Source: Octopus sinensis (taxonomy: Eukaryota). From it: a stretch of 64,000 nt of DNA. Under the pieces are notes generated by a model. It was not told the DNA's origin and ran no database searches. It saw only the letters and a program-made list of their open reading frames with translations. The translations under genes and the position numbers were made by a program. Shown here piece by piece: positions 1-11,899 of the stretch. The stretch is from positions 25,296,001 to 25,360,000 of the forward strand of contig NC_043003.1 in NCBI RefSeq assembly GCF_006345805.1, in the 5' to 3' direction. The stretch's first letter is position 1. Each line of letters opens with the position of its first letter.

Positions 1-260
1 GGGTCCAGGGGGATTGACTGTATCATGAGGCCCAGTCTTTTCTGGAACTGTACCATCACCTTACCACTCCATTCAGGATCAAGTATGTGAAGATCTCAAA
101 ATCACCAAAAATGGGTGCTAAGGTACGTGTCAGAAATCCTCATCTTGCTGATGGGTATCACATCTAAACCTAGTAACCTGAAATCATTGAGCAAGTGAAC
201 TTGCTCCCATGGTAACTCCTGACCATGTGCATTTATACTACCCACTCTAAAAATTGCCAT
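1..260 (-). mobile_element. N-terminus of an L1/Tx1-type LINE ORF2 apurinic-like endonuclease, degenerate, runs off the window edge
   Basis: Manual translation of the minus strand from ATG at 260 gives MAIFRVGSINAHG...LLNDFRLLGLDVIPISKMRI and, after a frameshift, GKVMVQFQKRLGLMIQSIPLDP. These resemble the S-x-N-x-x-G, LDVIxLxET and GVxxL...DPxGR motifs of LINE endonucleases. Confidence 0.6.
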
Positions 261-1682
261 TGTTGGCTAGAAAGAAAGGGAGAAAAAGTAGTCACCTACC
301 TTAAAGTTTTCTGCGAGGCACTCAGGTATGTGAAAATGTTTACTGTATGGTGCTCCTTGGGGAAACCCTGTAGTAGCCTATCTGAGGCTGTGATGCTCAG
401 ATTCCAAATGTCATGTAAGAAACTCTCTCGTTTCCTTGCAATAACTAATTGATAGCCTGACCAATTTCAGAATATCTAAGACATTAACTGTGTTGTCTTT
501 AAAGACGCCACTTTCTATCTCATTGTCTCCTCTTTGTTCTATGTAAGAAAGCACTTCAGATCTATTCAGTAATTTAAAATTAAGTGAAAATTTTAAAATT
601 TGGTATATTGATGTAATTTTTCATGCTGAATCTAAATTTGGGGTTGATTTATTCCAGAAAAATTTAGAAAAATATTACAGAGGTTCAAAGGTTGATCATT
701 TTCAACCAATCAAACAACAGGAATCGGAAGCTGGCATTTTCTGCATGATAGCTGTCTGTTACAAAATGACTGATAGCAGCAACAAAATAAAAAAGCAAGA
801 CATTACAAAAATTGTAAGAAGTTTTAATGAATTTTAAGGCATTAAGTCATATGAAATAGCCGAAGAGGCATGTCAACAATTTCAAAAAGAAAAGTTCTCA
901 ACTAAATTTTTATGCAAAAAATCAAAAAACAAACTGAGGTATTCTGTAAACAATTTGAAATGGAAAAATTTCAATAAATTTCTTTGGCAAAAATTCAAAT
1001 TACAATTTTTGTATTTTCTCTTCACTGCTGCTACTGTTAGTAACTGTATTGATGCACTAAATTCTTTGCTAGCCTTTTCAACGGAAAAACCTTAAATAAA
1101 TATATTTTTTAAAAGTGAATAAACTAAATCTTCAGAAACCAGTCAATTGATCAATTAACAAATTAATTAGTAAAATTTATTTACTAATAAGTAATCAATC
1201 CATGAATAAAAGTTGTGTATCAAGAAATCCTTAAGATTTTTAATGTTTACTTAAAAGTTTACATATCATGTTACAAGGCAGAAACTAAGAAATTTCAAAA
1301 ATAGAGAATTAAAAAGTTAAAATAACTATTGAGGTTTGGGATTCAGCCCCACTGTTGGCCCCTTCAACAAGTGCATGCCACATAAAAAGCACTCAGCCCT
1401 TTCTGTTGGGTGGTTGGTGTTACGAAGGTCTACAGAACCCAATGTTTCATTTGAATAGGTTTCAACAGCTGGATACCATTCCCATCACTAATCACTTTAC
1501 TGAGAGTACCAGAACTAGAAGTTGCCACATACTTGGAAAGACAAGACTGGAGAACCCTTTTAACCATCAACTTTCTCTACTTGCTTGCAGCTATTTTACA
1601 GTATGTACTGGGTGCATTTTTCATAAGACCAGTTCTGTGGTTGACTAGTCCTTGGTGAGAATAAAGGTAAATATAATTATAG

Positions 1683-1877
1683 CAATTGCAGGGTGGAAGG
1701 TATTTATAAGCCATTTAAGAAACACACAAAGATGCAGCACGGAATTTTGTCAGTGAACAGGTTGCAGTCTCAAAGCGATGAAAATATTTTGAAAAATTAA
1801 ATTTAAATGTTGAAATGAATCAAACGGTTTTTGTGTGTTTCTTAAATGGCTTATAAAGACCTTCCACGCTGCAATTG
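1683..1877. mobile_element. MITE / foldback element with 48-bp terminal inverted repeats
   Basis: 1683-1730 and 1830-1877 are reverse complements at 46 of 48 positions. Confidence 0.85.
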
Positions 1878-2150
1878 TTTTTGTTCCAGCACACGATCTC
1901 AGATCAGGTCACTTGCTATGCAAGTACATCTCCGTAGCTCTATAATTATAGCATTTTCTGAGAATGACCAAGATCAGGAATGTCTGAAAAAGCATTTTTG
2001 TTGTATATTTGTGCTTAATTAAGTCACATTTTGGAGAAGAAAAATTGTTATAGAATTCACAATACAGCTTCTTTCCTGTATGAATAAATTTATAAGTAGT
2101 TAAGCTATATGATGTAACAAAGAATGGTTTACTACATATCCCATTAATAT

Positions 2151-4181
2151 TTATGGTTTTTGTCTTGTATGGATACGTTTGTGAACAGTTACATCACCAC
2201 TTCCCGTGAATGATTTACCACAAATATCACAATGATATGGTTTCTCTCCTGTATGAATGCGTTTGTGTTTAGTTAAGCTACACATCACAGAGAAAGAGTT
2301 ACCACAAATGTCACAGTGATACGGCTTCTCCCCTGTATGAACACGCTTGTGTGTAGTTACGTCACCTTTCCTAGAGAATGACTTACCACAGATATCACAT
2401 TCATATGGCTTGTATCCTGTATGAATACGCTTGTGCACAGTCAAGTCACTATTTCTTGAGAATGATTTACCACAGATATCACAGTGAAACGGCTTCTCCC
2501 CTGTATGAATGGGCTTGTGTCCACTTAAGTGACCTATTTGAGAGAATGATTTACCACAAATTTCACAATGGTATTGCTTATCTCCTGTATGTACACGTTT
2601 GTGAGTAGTTAATTCACAACTTTGAGAAAATGATTTACCACAGATATCACAGTGATATGGCTTCTCTCCTGTATGAATACGTTTGTGAGTAGTCAGTTTA
2701 CCACGTTGAGAGAAAGATTTACCACAGACGTCACAGGGATATGGCTTCTCTCCAGTATGAGTACGTTTGTGTTTAACTAAGTCACTATTTTGACGGAATT
2801 TTTTGCCACAAGTGTCACAGTAACATGAATGCCCTCCTGTATGAATTAGTTTGTGTTTAGTTAGATTACTTTTTCCACAGAATGATTTGCCACAGATATC
2901 ACAGCTATATGGCTTCTCCCCTGTATGTATACGTTTGTGAGTAGTTAAACTGGATTTGACAGAGAATGATTTACCACATATATTACAGAGATATGGCTTC
3001 TCTCCTGTATGAATGCGCTTGTGAGTAGTCAATTCACCACTTCTAGAGAATGATTTACCACAGGTATCACAGTGGAATGGCTTTTCTCCTGTATGAATGC
3101 GTTTGTGAGTAGTTAAGTCAACATTATAAGAGAAAAATTTACCACAAACATCACAGTGATATGGTTTCTCCCCTGTATGAATGCGTTTGTGTCCAGTTAA
3201 ATGACTTAGTCGGGATAACAATTTGCCACAGATATCACAGTGATATGGTTTCTCTCCTGTATGAATTTGTTTGTGTTTGGTCAAGTTACCTTTTCCAGTG
3301 AATGATTTACCACAGATATCACAGTGATGTGGCCTTTCTCCTGTATGAACGCGGTTGTGTACAGTTAAGTCAGTTATTCGACAGAATGATTTGCCACAGA
3401 CATTACAGTGATGTGGTTTCTCTCCTGTATGAATATATTTATGGGCAGTTAAGTCACTACTTCGAGAGAATGATTTGTCACAGATATTACAATGATGTTG
3501 ATTCTCTCCCGTATGAGTATGTCTGTGTTTAGTTAAGTTACTTTTCCCAGAGAATGATTTACCACAGATATCACAGTAATGGGGCTTTTCTCCTGTATGA
3601 ATACGTTTATGAGAAACTACGGTTCCTTTATCAGTAAATGATTTACCACAGATGTCACAGTGATATGGCTTTTCTCCAGTATGTACACGTTTGTGAATAA
3701 TCAAGCAGCCACTTCGAGAGAAAGCTTTTCCACATATACCACAGCAAAATGGCTTCTCCCCTGTATGAATACGTTTGTGCCGAGTTAAATTACTTGATCC
3801 AGAGAATGATTTACCACAAGTTTCACAGTGATATTGTCTACCTCCTGTATGAATACGCATGTGAGTTTTAAGGTCAATGCTTTTAGAGAATGATATGCCA
3901 CAAGTATCACAGTGATATAGACTCTCCTCTTTGTAAATATATTTCTGCACAGTTAATTCCCCATCCTGAGAAAACAATTTACCACAGATATCACAATGAT
4001 CTGGTTTCTCTCCTGTATGAACGTGTTCATGTCTACTTAGGTCACTTTCCTGAGAGAATGACTTCTTACAGACACAACAGTGGAATGCTGTTTTATCAAT
4101 CTGTTTTAGCATCTCGTCAGAATCGATCCATCTTGATTGTGTTTGATATTTCACCTGGTTCTCACAGAATTCATTTGCCAT
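2151..4181 (-). CDS. ZNF-1: C2H2 zinc-finger protein, 676 aa, 23 finger units (unit 2 lacks both His)
   Basis: Uninterrupted ATG-initiated ORF with tandem CxxC-x12-HxxxH units joined by TGEKPY linkers. Confidence 0.93.
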   Translation of the reverse strand: MANEFCENQVKYQTQSRWIDSDEMLKQIDKTAFHCCVCKKSFSQESDLSRHEHVHTGEKPDHCDICGKLFSQDGELTVQKYIYKEESLYHCDTCGISFSKSIDLKTHMRIHTGGRQYHCETCGKSFSGSSNLTRHKRIHTGEKPFCCGICGKAFSRSGCLIIHKRVHTGEKPYHCDICGKSFTDKGTVVSHKRIHTGEKPHYCDICGKSFSGKSNLTKHRHTHTGENQHHCNICDKSFSRSSDLTAHKYIHTGEKPHHCNVCGKSFCRITDLTVHNRVHTGERPHHCDICGKSFTGKGNLTKHKQIHTGEKPYHCDICGKLLSRLSHLTGHKRIHTGEKPYHCDVCGKFFSYNVDLTTHKRIHTGEKPFHCDTCGKSFSRSGELTTHKRIHTGEKPYLCNICGKSFSVKSSLTTHKRIHTGEKPYSCDICGKSFCGKSNLTKHKLIHTGGHSCYCDTCGKKFRQNSDLVKHKRTHTGEKPYPCDVCGKSFSQRGKLTTHKRIHTGEKPYHCDICGKSFSQSCELTTHKRVHTGDKQYHCEICGKSFSQIGHLSGHKPIHTGEKPFHCDICGKSFSRNSDLTVHKRIHTGYKPYECDICGKSFSRKGDVTTHKRVHTGEKPYHCDICGNSFSVMCSLTKHKRIHTGEKPYHCDICGKSFTGSGDVTVHKRIHTRQKP

Positions 4182-4616
4182 AATTTTTTTTTATTCTGTC
4201 ACCACAATATATGGATATTTTTCTTCATATTTTATTCCTGATATATACTTCTTCAACTATTTTTCCATCACCTTAGATCCTGTCAATATTTGAAAATGCT
4301 GCAGACAATCATAAGCAGATTTTATTGAGATTTAAGGATTTCTGGGATAATTATTCCAAGATGATTTTTTTGTGACAAAACCTTGACTGGTAATAAGGAA
4401 CCAACAAAAAAAAATGAATCCATTTATCTTGTGTATATTCCTGGTAGTGAAGTAGAGAAGTGCTGTTACCAGTCTCAGTTTAAGAAGAAATATTTCACGA
4501 TAATTCAACCACAAAATCATATAAAGAGAGTTTCATCTGTTGTGTACATTTTCCTTTCAACTTTAAAAGATGATGAAAATTGTTGAAAAATTTCAATGCC
4601 AATGTTATCTGGTAAT

Positions 4617-4635
4617 CTGAAATAATAAATAAAGA
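4617..4635 (-). promoter_or_regulatory. Putative splice acceptor of the ZNF-1 terminal exon (TTTATTATTTCAG|ATT)
   Basis: Pyrimidine tract plus CAG. A homologous acceptor sits 0.2-1.0 kb upstream of the ATG in all six genes. Confidence 0.6.
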
Positions 4636-4787
4636 ATTTAATTTACAGAGGATACTTAAAAACAAAGGACATGCATTTCTATACAGTAAATAAGCTCTAG
4701 ATACAAACCTTTATGTGAATAATTGGACTTAACTTTATAATTTGTCATAGAAAATTTACATCAGACTACCTCATGTGAATTCTTCAA

Positions 4788-5176
4788 GCGCAGGTGTGAC
4801 TGTGTGGTAAGAACCTTGCTTCCCAACAACAAGGTTCAGGTTCAGTCCCACTGTGTGGCACCTTGGACAAGTGTCTTCTACTAGAGCCATGGGTTGACCA
4901 AAGCCTTGATTTGGTAGACAGAAACTAAAAGGGAGCCCATCATATACATATATCTATGTGTGTGTGTCTTTGTGTCTGTGTTTGTCACACATACACACAT
5001 GGCAACTGGTGCTGGTGTGTTTATATTACCAGAACTTAGTGGTTCATCAAAAGAGGTTGATAGAATAAGCAGCCTAAAAAGTAAGTCTTGGGGTCAAATC
5101 TTTCGACTAAACAATTCTCCAAGGTGGTGCCCCAGCATGGCCGCAGTCTAATGACTGAAACAAGTAAAAGAAAAGA
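4788..5176 (+). mobile_element. tRNA-derived SINE, family A
   Basis: Head GCGCAGGTGTGACTGTGTGGTAAG...GGTTCAGTCCC and tail CAGCATGGCCGCAGTC...GAAACAAGTAAAAGA; homologous to 57971-58356. Confidence 0.85.
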
Positions 5177-5756
5177 TTGTAAACTCCACCTACAATTTTA
5201 GATTGTGTTCTATAGTATATTTTAAATGACAGAATAGCAGAACTTGAAATTTTTCTTTCTATAGAGATGTCATAAGTCATTCCTTAGGGGTTTAGTTCCA
5301 GATTAGCCCTGATGCAGCAGACCTATGATCAGAAAAGTTTTGAGCTTTTAATAAGACAATTAAATCATATTTGGCAGAATCTTTAGAATATCAGACCAAA
5401 TGCATTGCGTTACTTGTTCCAGCTCTCTTCACTTTCAGTTCAAATCCCACTAAGGTTAACTTTGCCTCTCACACCTTTGGGGTTAATAAACAAAGTACCA
5501 GCCCAGAGCTGGTACGACCCTCTCTCCCTCTGGCTGTAACATCACCAGTGTTCTGCTACTTCAAAGGAAGAAGAAGGCTCAAGAAGGTCTCTTATGTACT
5601 CAATTATACAGGCACCAAAACCCATTTGTGAAAGCATGGCATTTGTTGATACCAAATCATTCTCAATTGCAGTTGTAAAGTAAATCTAGGACTACATTTG
5701 ATAGTGTCCTCGTTTTTTTAAATAAGGTAATATTAATTGCTTGCTACAGTCCAACG

Positions 5757-6224
5757 GTGGAGGCATGTGGCTTAGTGGTTAGGGTGTCAGCACCATGATC
5801 TTAAGATTGTGGTTTCGATTCCTGGACCAGGAGACGCATTGTGTTCTTGAGCAAAACACTTCATTTCACGTTGCTCCAGTCCACTCAGCTGGTAAAAATG
5901 AGTAACGCTGCAATGGACTGGCATCCCATCCAGCTGGGAAACACATATGCCATAGAAACCAGGAAACAGGGCCTATGAGCCTGGCTAGGCTTTAAAAGGG
6001 CGCAGTGGAGGCGCGTGGCTTAGTGGTTAGGGTGTCAGCATCATGATCGCAAGATTGTGGTTTCGATTCCTGGACCAGGCGACGCGTTGTGTTCTTGAGC
6101 AAAACACTTCATTTCATGCTGGCAAAAATGAGTAACGCTGCGATGGACTGGCGTCCCATCCAGCTGGGGAATACATACGCTCTTGAAACCGGGCCCATGA
6201 GCCAGGCTAGGCTTTAAAAGGGCG
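5757..6224 (+). mobile_element. Head-to-tail dimer of a tRNA-derived SINE (family E2; units 5757-6004 and 6005-6224)
   Basis: Two near-identical units, each with A box TGGCTTAGTGG, B box GGTTTCGATTCC and tail GGCTAGGCTTTAAAAGGGCG. Confidence 0.88.
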
Positions 6225-6560
6225 GAGACAGTTGAATGACTTAAAACAAGTAAAAGAAGATATGTTTTGAAGCATGTGAAAAGAATCTCTGTAGTAAATT
6301 GCTTAACCATTTTGATATCAACTTGTCTGAAACTGCTCCGAGTTCTACAATACAAACTACCTATTTTAAAATGAACGGAATTAAAACCATTCATCAAAAT
6401 TTCATGTTAATTTATGCTCTAAAAAAACCAACTTAATAGTAACAAAAGGAATATGGTGAAGTTCAAGCACCTGTTCTCTTTCTATCAATAGCACTTCGTT
6501 TACAGTTTATCCATCCAGACCAATGAAACATCTCTTATGAACTAATCTAATGATGTGGAG

Positions 6561-6835
6561 GGAGGGTTCTTGGCCTAGTGGTTTGGGTGTTGGATCTTTG
6601 ATCCTCAGGTCATGCTTTCCATTTCCACACTCAGCAGTGTGCTGTGTTCTTGAAGAAAACACTTCATTTCACATTACTCCAGTTCCCTCAGATGAAATTT
6701 AGTACCAACTAACTGCTGGAGGTCAATTCCAGCGGCGGGACAGTTATTTCATTCAGGACGAGACAGTACTGAATGCTATGTTATTCAGATGCCATGGAAA
6801 CTGGAAGCTCCAACCTAAATGATCTGAAGGTTCAC
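6561..6835 (+). mobile_element. Degenerate tRNA-derived SINE (family E-related head)
   Basis: TGGCCTAGTGG A box and the TTCTTGAAGAAAACACTTCATTTCAC core shared with 5757-6224. Confidence 0.6.
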
Positions 6836-7872
6836 GACAGACCTCAGACATTAATCTAAGGACGAATGTAGAAAAAAAAAACATTTTTTACGTCATCTGC
6901 GGATATAATACAAAACACATTGTTTTCCATCAAGTGATAATATATCGAACTAAACATGCTCTTTAAGGATCACTGGAAGAAGTTGTTAACATTTTGTTTT
7001 TCTTAGTAAAACATTAGAATCTGAGAAGTTTTCATCTTTCTCACAACACTTTGTTAAAGAGAAATGACTTGTCAAAGTTGAAGGATGAAGAAATTAGGAC
7101 TAATAGAGTTTCTATTTGTATTGTTTGAACGCTTAACATAAACTCAGAATTTTTCTTTTTCCTCTTTTCAACATGCCTTCTATTTCATGTTGATACTGAA
7201 TAATACAAAGCATCATATCTTCGATATTTTTATGTTGTACGATGAACATATACACGTAACTGAGTAATTAAAGAAAATATTAAACATAAATATAGGTATC
7301 TTCGTGTAAAAGCTGAGTCAAAAGACTAATTTGAAATTAGGACTGTAAAAGCGGTCAAGGTGGCGATTAAAACAGAACTTTTGTTTTAACTTATTTCAGT
7401 TTGTAGGACCCCTATGCAAAAATCGAAAGATCGCAAAATTCTTTTACTATCATATACCGTAAAACTGACAAAAGATCAAAAGTATAAAATTAAAATTAAC
7501 CGCTAAAAGAAGTTTTTAAAAAGTACCACTTCTTTTAAAGGTAAATGCGATATAAGATAATTACAGCGTATTCTCGAAGACATGGGAATGTATAAAAACA
7601 TCATGGTTTTCTGCAAATAATTCAAACGAAAAAATACTGCTTACTGCAGAGGTGGCTGCAAACATTGAAAGTTCATAATTTTGCTGACTCTTAAGCATCA
7701 TTAAATCTTATAATCAATATAGGTTCTGGTAAATTTTTACAAGTGTTTTAAACAGTGCTTTTGTTTTCTTCCCATAATACACATGCTTTAAAAACTAAAA
7801 TCTTGCTGATTCTTATATATAGCATAAAATCTTTAAAATTATTTGTTTCGTTGTTTCTGATTAAACACTTAC

Positions 7873-8118
7873 AAATTGCGTAAAAGTATTTTTTTTCTCT
7901 CCTGGTGAAATATGTAGTTTTCAAATGAAAGTATTATTCTCTCTACTATAAGCAATATTTCGTTTTCGTTTCGGCATTTCACGTAAACCAAGAATTTTTT
8001 ATATATACCCATTTCTTTGAAATCCCGCCGTAATTCACCACATTTAACCAAACATGTAATCAAATAAGGCTCAAATAAAACTCAAATCGAAAATAAAAAG
8101 AGAACTATATGTCTTTCA
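7873..8118 (-). promoter_or_regulatory. Putative promoter / non-coding exon 1 of ZNF-1 (divergent copy of the cassette)
   Basis: Donor-like AATTT|GTAAGTG (GT at 7872-7871). About 235 nt upstream is a weak match (AAGACATATAGTTCTCT) to the cassette motif, at the same spacing as in the other genes. Confidence 0.4.
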
Positions 8119-8408
8119 ATATGATTTTGAAATGTAATTCAAATTTTACCAACCTTCCACTATGTTATAGGTCCTAAAACAATGTTATTATTGTTTACCT
8201 ACAATGGCCATCACAAAGCTAAAGCGCTTCTAAAAATCAACAACCAATAGAATTTCTTGTTTCTTTAAAAGATGCCCGCCAAGATCACAAATGCGATTAA
8301 TCTACATATGATTCTAACATTTATACTTTTAAACCTTTTTCTACAATTGCTTTTATTATAAACTATCTTGACCCAAATTTTTAGTTAATTACCATTGCAT
8401 TGATGATG

Positions 8409-8815
8409 TACAGGATCTTTTCCTTTTGAACGGCAGTTTTCAACATAATTTCTAGTTAACTAAACACTTTTAAACTTCGTATACTGGTAGAATGTGTTTA
8501 TAAAACATCATTTTTTTCTTGGCTTTATTGAGAAAATTCTGTATGTTGTAACATATTTCGACTTTAATTTCGAGCATTTCGGCAATTTTAACCAATCGCT
8601 GACCGCCATTTGGGGTGAAAACATTCCGTGCTGTATGAATATGCCCCTCGTTTAAGAAACAGATTGGGTTTATTTACATTTGCGAAGAAAAAAAGATACC
8701 CTTCCCCCACCCCTAACCCTAAAATAGATTGAAATGCAATAGATCGATACTAGGGTTATAATTATGGGTGACAATTTCATACGACATCGCTACGGAAAAT
8801 GGGATTTTTTTTCTA
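8409..8815. mobile_element. Non-autonomous DNA-transposon-like remnant
   Basis: Shares the subterminal motif AAACTTCGTATACTGGTAGAAT with the MITE at 51597-51827. Only one end is recognisable. Confidence 0.45.
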
Positions 8816-9136
8816 GCTTTGTTACTATGGCAGCAGTCCGGATACTTATTGATCAGACCACATAGATATGTGTCCTGGTATAGCGCTTGTGTTACTGGTA
8901 TTTATTAAAGAAGAAGGAGTACGGCATACAAATACATGGTTACCATACATGTATAGATGTCAGGTATGAAAGCATCTCCAGTTACTTCAATGCAACAAGG
9001 TCACTAGCTTTAACAATGTTCATTCTTATTTCTCTCAGTATGCGCCAGAACTAGCTTCTAATATCACCAAAATCTTCTCTATCTCTCTCACTATATATAT
9101 ATATATATATATATAAAGTTCAGAGAGCTCCTACTT

Positions 9137-9645
9137 CTATTGGTAACAAAGGGCATCTCCCTCAGAGTGGAAGTAGTATGCTTCACTGGATGTGCAATGT
9201 CTGTGCATGCACAACAGAGTATAAGTGTCTTGAGAGAAAAACTGGGCAAAAAAGGCATCAAATGTCACGTGCAAGAGAGATAACTGTGCTGGTGTGGTCG
9301 TGATATGTATGGACGAGGACAGCTGTGTGAAGAAGTGCTGATCTCTAACAGTGGAAGGAAATTGTGGAAGAGGTAGACCCAGGAAGACATGGGACAAAGT
9401 GGTGAAGCATGATCTTCGAATGTTGGGCCTCGGATTCATAGGCTTGCAAGCCGCATGGCAGCCTCACTTGTGCCGAAAGCACAAGAAATGCACCCAGTAC
9501 ACTTAGTAAAGTGGTTGGCATTAGAAAAGGCATCCAGCCATAGAAAGCAGACACTGGAACATAATGCTGTCCTTGGATCCTGTCAAATCATCCAACTTAT
9601 GCTAACATGGACATTAAATGATGATAATGACAATGATCTTTATAT
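9137..9645 (+). mobile_element. 3' end of RTE-clade LINE (family R1): ORF2 C-terminus plus shortened 3' UTR and (ATG)n tail
   Basis: Translates to MDEDSCVKKC*SLTVEGNCGRGRPRKTWDKVVKHDLRMLG, a typical RTE C-terminal GRGRPxKTW motif. It is followed by GTTGGCATTAGAAAAGGCATCCAGC and TTAAATGATGATAATG. Confidence 0.8.
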
Positions 9646-9739
9646 TTAGAAACATGTTACAGTAAACCATCCCCAAGAAGGCAACATCTCTGAGCCCGTC
9701 AACTATCAATCAAAAGTTCTTGTTTTGTGATAGTAGATG

Positions 9740-10190
9740 AGGGGAGCTACATGGCTTCTCACATTTAGCAATGAGTGAGGTATCTCTGTATTTAGCAAAG
9801 ATAGGAGCTAGCTCTGGAGTGAGCTGTTTGAAAGTAATTGAAGGGACATAGTCAGGGTCTGTGGTGTTGGTTTTATGTTACCAGAAATGATTTTTGTATT
9901 TCGTGTGTATGTGTACAAAATAGTAAGATTGGTGGAATAAAGATATTTTTGTGAATTTTTGCAGAATGTGTGCTAAGAATGTGCAAATCAAGCAGCAAGC
10001 ATAAAAGCATTTACTGCAAGAGTACAGCTTATGGTACCTTAACAGAAAGATTCCATGAAGTTGATAAAGAATGCTTTGACAAAGAACTGGAGAAAACAAC
10101 TGTAATTTGGGAGGTGGAAGAGTGTGCAGACTATGAGCTGTACAGAGGCATCTGTTACTTTACCAGTTATTGGAATCTAGTATAAGTTGC
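9740..10190 (-). mobile_element. Degenerate CR1/Jockey-like LINE fragment (region upstream of RT)
   Basis: The minus strand reads TDPDYVPSITFKQLTPELAPIFAK, resembling the GPDxIPxxxLKxxxPELAP motif. The rest is heavily decayed. Confidence 0.45.
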
Positions 10191-10271
10191 AGTAGTAGAT
10201 AAAAGTCATTCAGTTGGTAGAGATGGTTGACTTTTGGCAGTATCTTTAGCTTGTGCTCCTACAGGACAGCT

Positions 10272-10692
10272 ATCATCATCATCATCACCATCATCATTTA
10301 GCATCTGTTTTCCATGCTGGTATGGATAAGATGGTTTGACTGGAGAGCTGCACCAGGCTCCAGTCTGTTTTGGCTTGGTTTCTATGGCTGGATGCCCTTC
10401 TGAAGGCTAACCTATTTCTTTACTACCCACAAGGGGCTAAACACAGAGAGGACAAACAAATGGATTATGTCGATTATATTGACTCCAGTGCGTAACTGGT
10501 ACTTATTTAATCGACCCCGAAAGGATGAAAGGCAAAGTCGACCTCGGCGGAATTTGAACTCAGAACGTAGCGGCAGACGAAATATGGCCACGCATTTCGC
10601 CCGGCGTGCTAATGGTTCTGCCAGCTCACCGCCTTCTGAAGGCTAACCATTCTACAGTGTATACTGAATGTCTTTTACACATCACCAGCACA
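10272..10692 (-). mobile_element. R1 LINE 3' UTR fragment interrupted by a SINE
   Basis: (CAT)n tail then TTTAGCATCTGTTTTCCATGCTGG...GCTGGATGCCCTTC, resuming after 10634. Confidence 0.75.
10413..10633 (-). mobile_element. Full-length tRNA-derived SINE, family B (tail B1), with target-site duplication
   Basis: Head AGGCGGTGAGCTGGCAGAA...GAGTTCAAATTCCGCC on the minus strand. Flanked by a direct repeat of (CC)TTCTGAAGGCTAACC at 10396-10412 and 10632-10648. Confidence 0.9.
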
Positions 10693-10899
10693 ACTATTTG
10701 GTGATTGGGATTATGAGCCTTGGTTGTATGAGAGAGATGAAGGTACATTCTTAAGATTGTTGACACTGGCATAGGTGTCTTGGATGAATCCAGAGTGAAA
10801 CACATTTACTGTTAGGGATAGTTAGTGTTAAATTGGCACATATCACTGATCATGAGTCTACCACCGAGATCTGCACCCGCGGTCGGCTTCACCCTGGAT

Positions 10900-11575
10900 A
10901 AACAACAACCTGTAATCTATGACTTTTTGATCATATCTGATCGAAGAACCTTATAGCTAAAACCTGTTCCAAAACAGGAAATGAGTTAACGTGTAAATAT
11001 ATCAAGTAATAAGTGAGGAATCACATCTAGCATTGAATGTAGGTCTAGTTAGCCTAACTATGTCTAATATTTCGAAGTAACACTATGAAGACATATGAAC
11101 AAACAGTATTTGTAGTCCAGCACTGCAAATTAGAAAACTTTTGCTAATTATACACAGCTGTCTCAGAATATAACGCTAAGCTGTATCTTTGTATGGTGAT
11201 TTTTACCTTTGATTGGAACTTGCAACCTAGAAATAAGTGATTTATTTATAAACACAATTGAAGAGTTAATTGACCTTAAGTTAAACATAGAATCTGTGAC
11301 ACTCCCGAGAAATAATATTTCACATTAAAGATCAGTCGACGGACGAGATGGTCACATCTGGAATGTCTTTGATCCTGTGTCTGCTCGATCAGGGCTGATC
11401 TGAGGCGAAGTAATAACCTGTGGTTTCTACCCTTTTGACCATATCTGAATCCAAGTCCATGTAGCTAAAATACTGTATTTCATAACTGGAAATAAGTTAT
11501 AATGGGAAAATATCTTTAAAAATATAAGGAGAGTTACATATCACATCGAGTGAAGGTCTGGTTAGCTTAGATTGT
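10900..11575. repeat. Diverged direct duplication of about 160 bp (approx. 10900-11060 and 11410-11575)
   Basis: Shared ordered blocks AACCTGT, TTTTGA(T/C)CATATCTGA, TAGCTAAAA, GGAAAT(G/A)AGTTA, CACATC and AGGTCT(A/G)GTTAGC. Confidence 0.65.
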
Positions 11576-11624
11576 CTTCTATTTACTCCTTATGCATACA
11601 TCCATACATTCTTTGTCTGGAGTC

Positions 11625-11899
11625 AAGAATTAGTTCCCCTGATAAAGTATTGTCAATTCGCTCAAGCACCGGCTGTTTATGTATATATCTGATGGATGCT
11701 AATTTACGCTGCCGCTACATGTAGTTTCTATTTCTCAATGAGGCGTTAGTCTTATGTAAAGTTCTTTGATAATGAGACTGATGTCTTCATCGTTTGAAAT
11801 ACATACAAGTTGTTGCGAAAGTATCTCTACTTTTGTAGAGTTCAAGTTTGATCGTAATGTGAACATCTGATATATTTCATATTCGGACTGCATTGATAT
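11625..11899 (+). promoter_or_regulatory. Promoter motif and putative non-coding exon 1 of ZNF-2
   Basis: AAGAATTAGTTCCCCTG at 11625-11641 and donor TTGATAT|GTAAGTA (GT at 11900). It is on the same strand as ZNF-2 and matches five minus-strand cassettes. Confidence 0.7.

Noticed and set aside
2378-4183. Plus-strand ORFs with MIYHRYHSD-type repeats overlapping ZNF-1 (also opposite ZNF-3, -4, -5 and -6, and alternate-frame ORFs within ZNF-2)
   Set aside because: These are antisense or off-frame shadows of the 84-bp finger repeat: short, repeatedly broken by stops, and fully explained by the codon pattern of the real CDS.
5757-5830. tRNA-like A/B boxes (here and in other SINE heads) as tRNA genes
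   Set aside because: I could not build a complete cloverleaf, and each is fused to a multi-copy SINE body and tail.
8700-8725. CCCCTAACCCTAA as an interstitial telomere
   Set aside because: Only two units, embedded in a DNA-element remnant.
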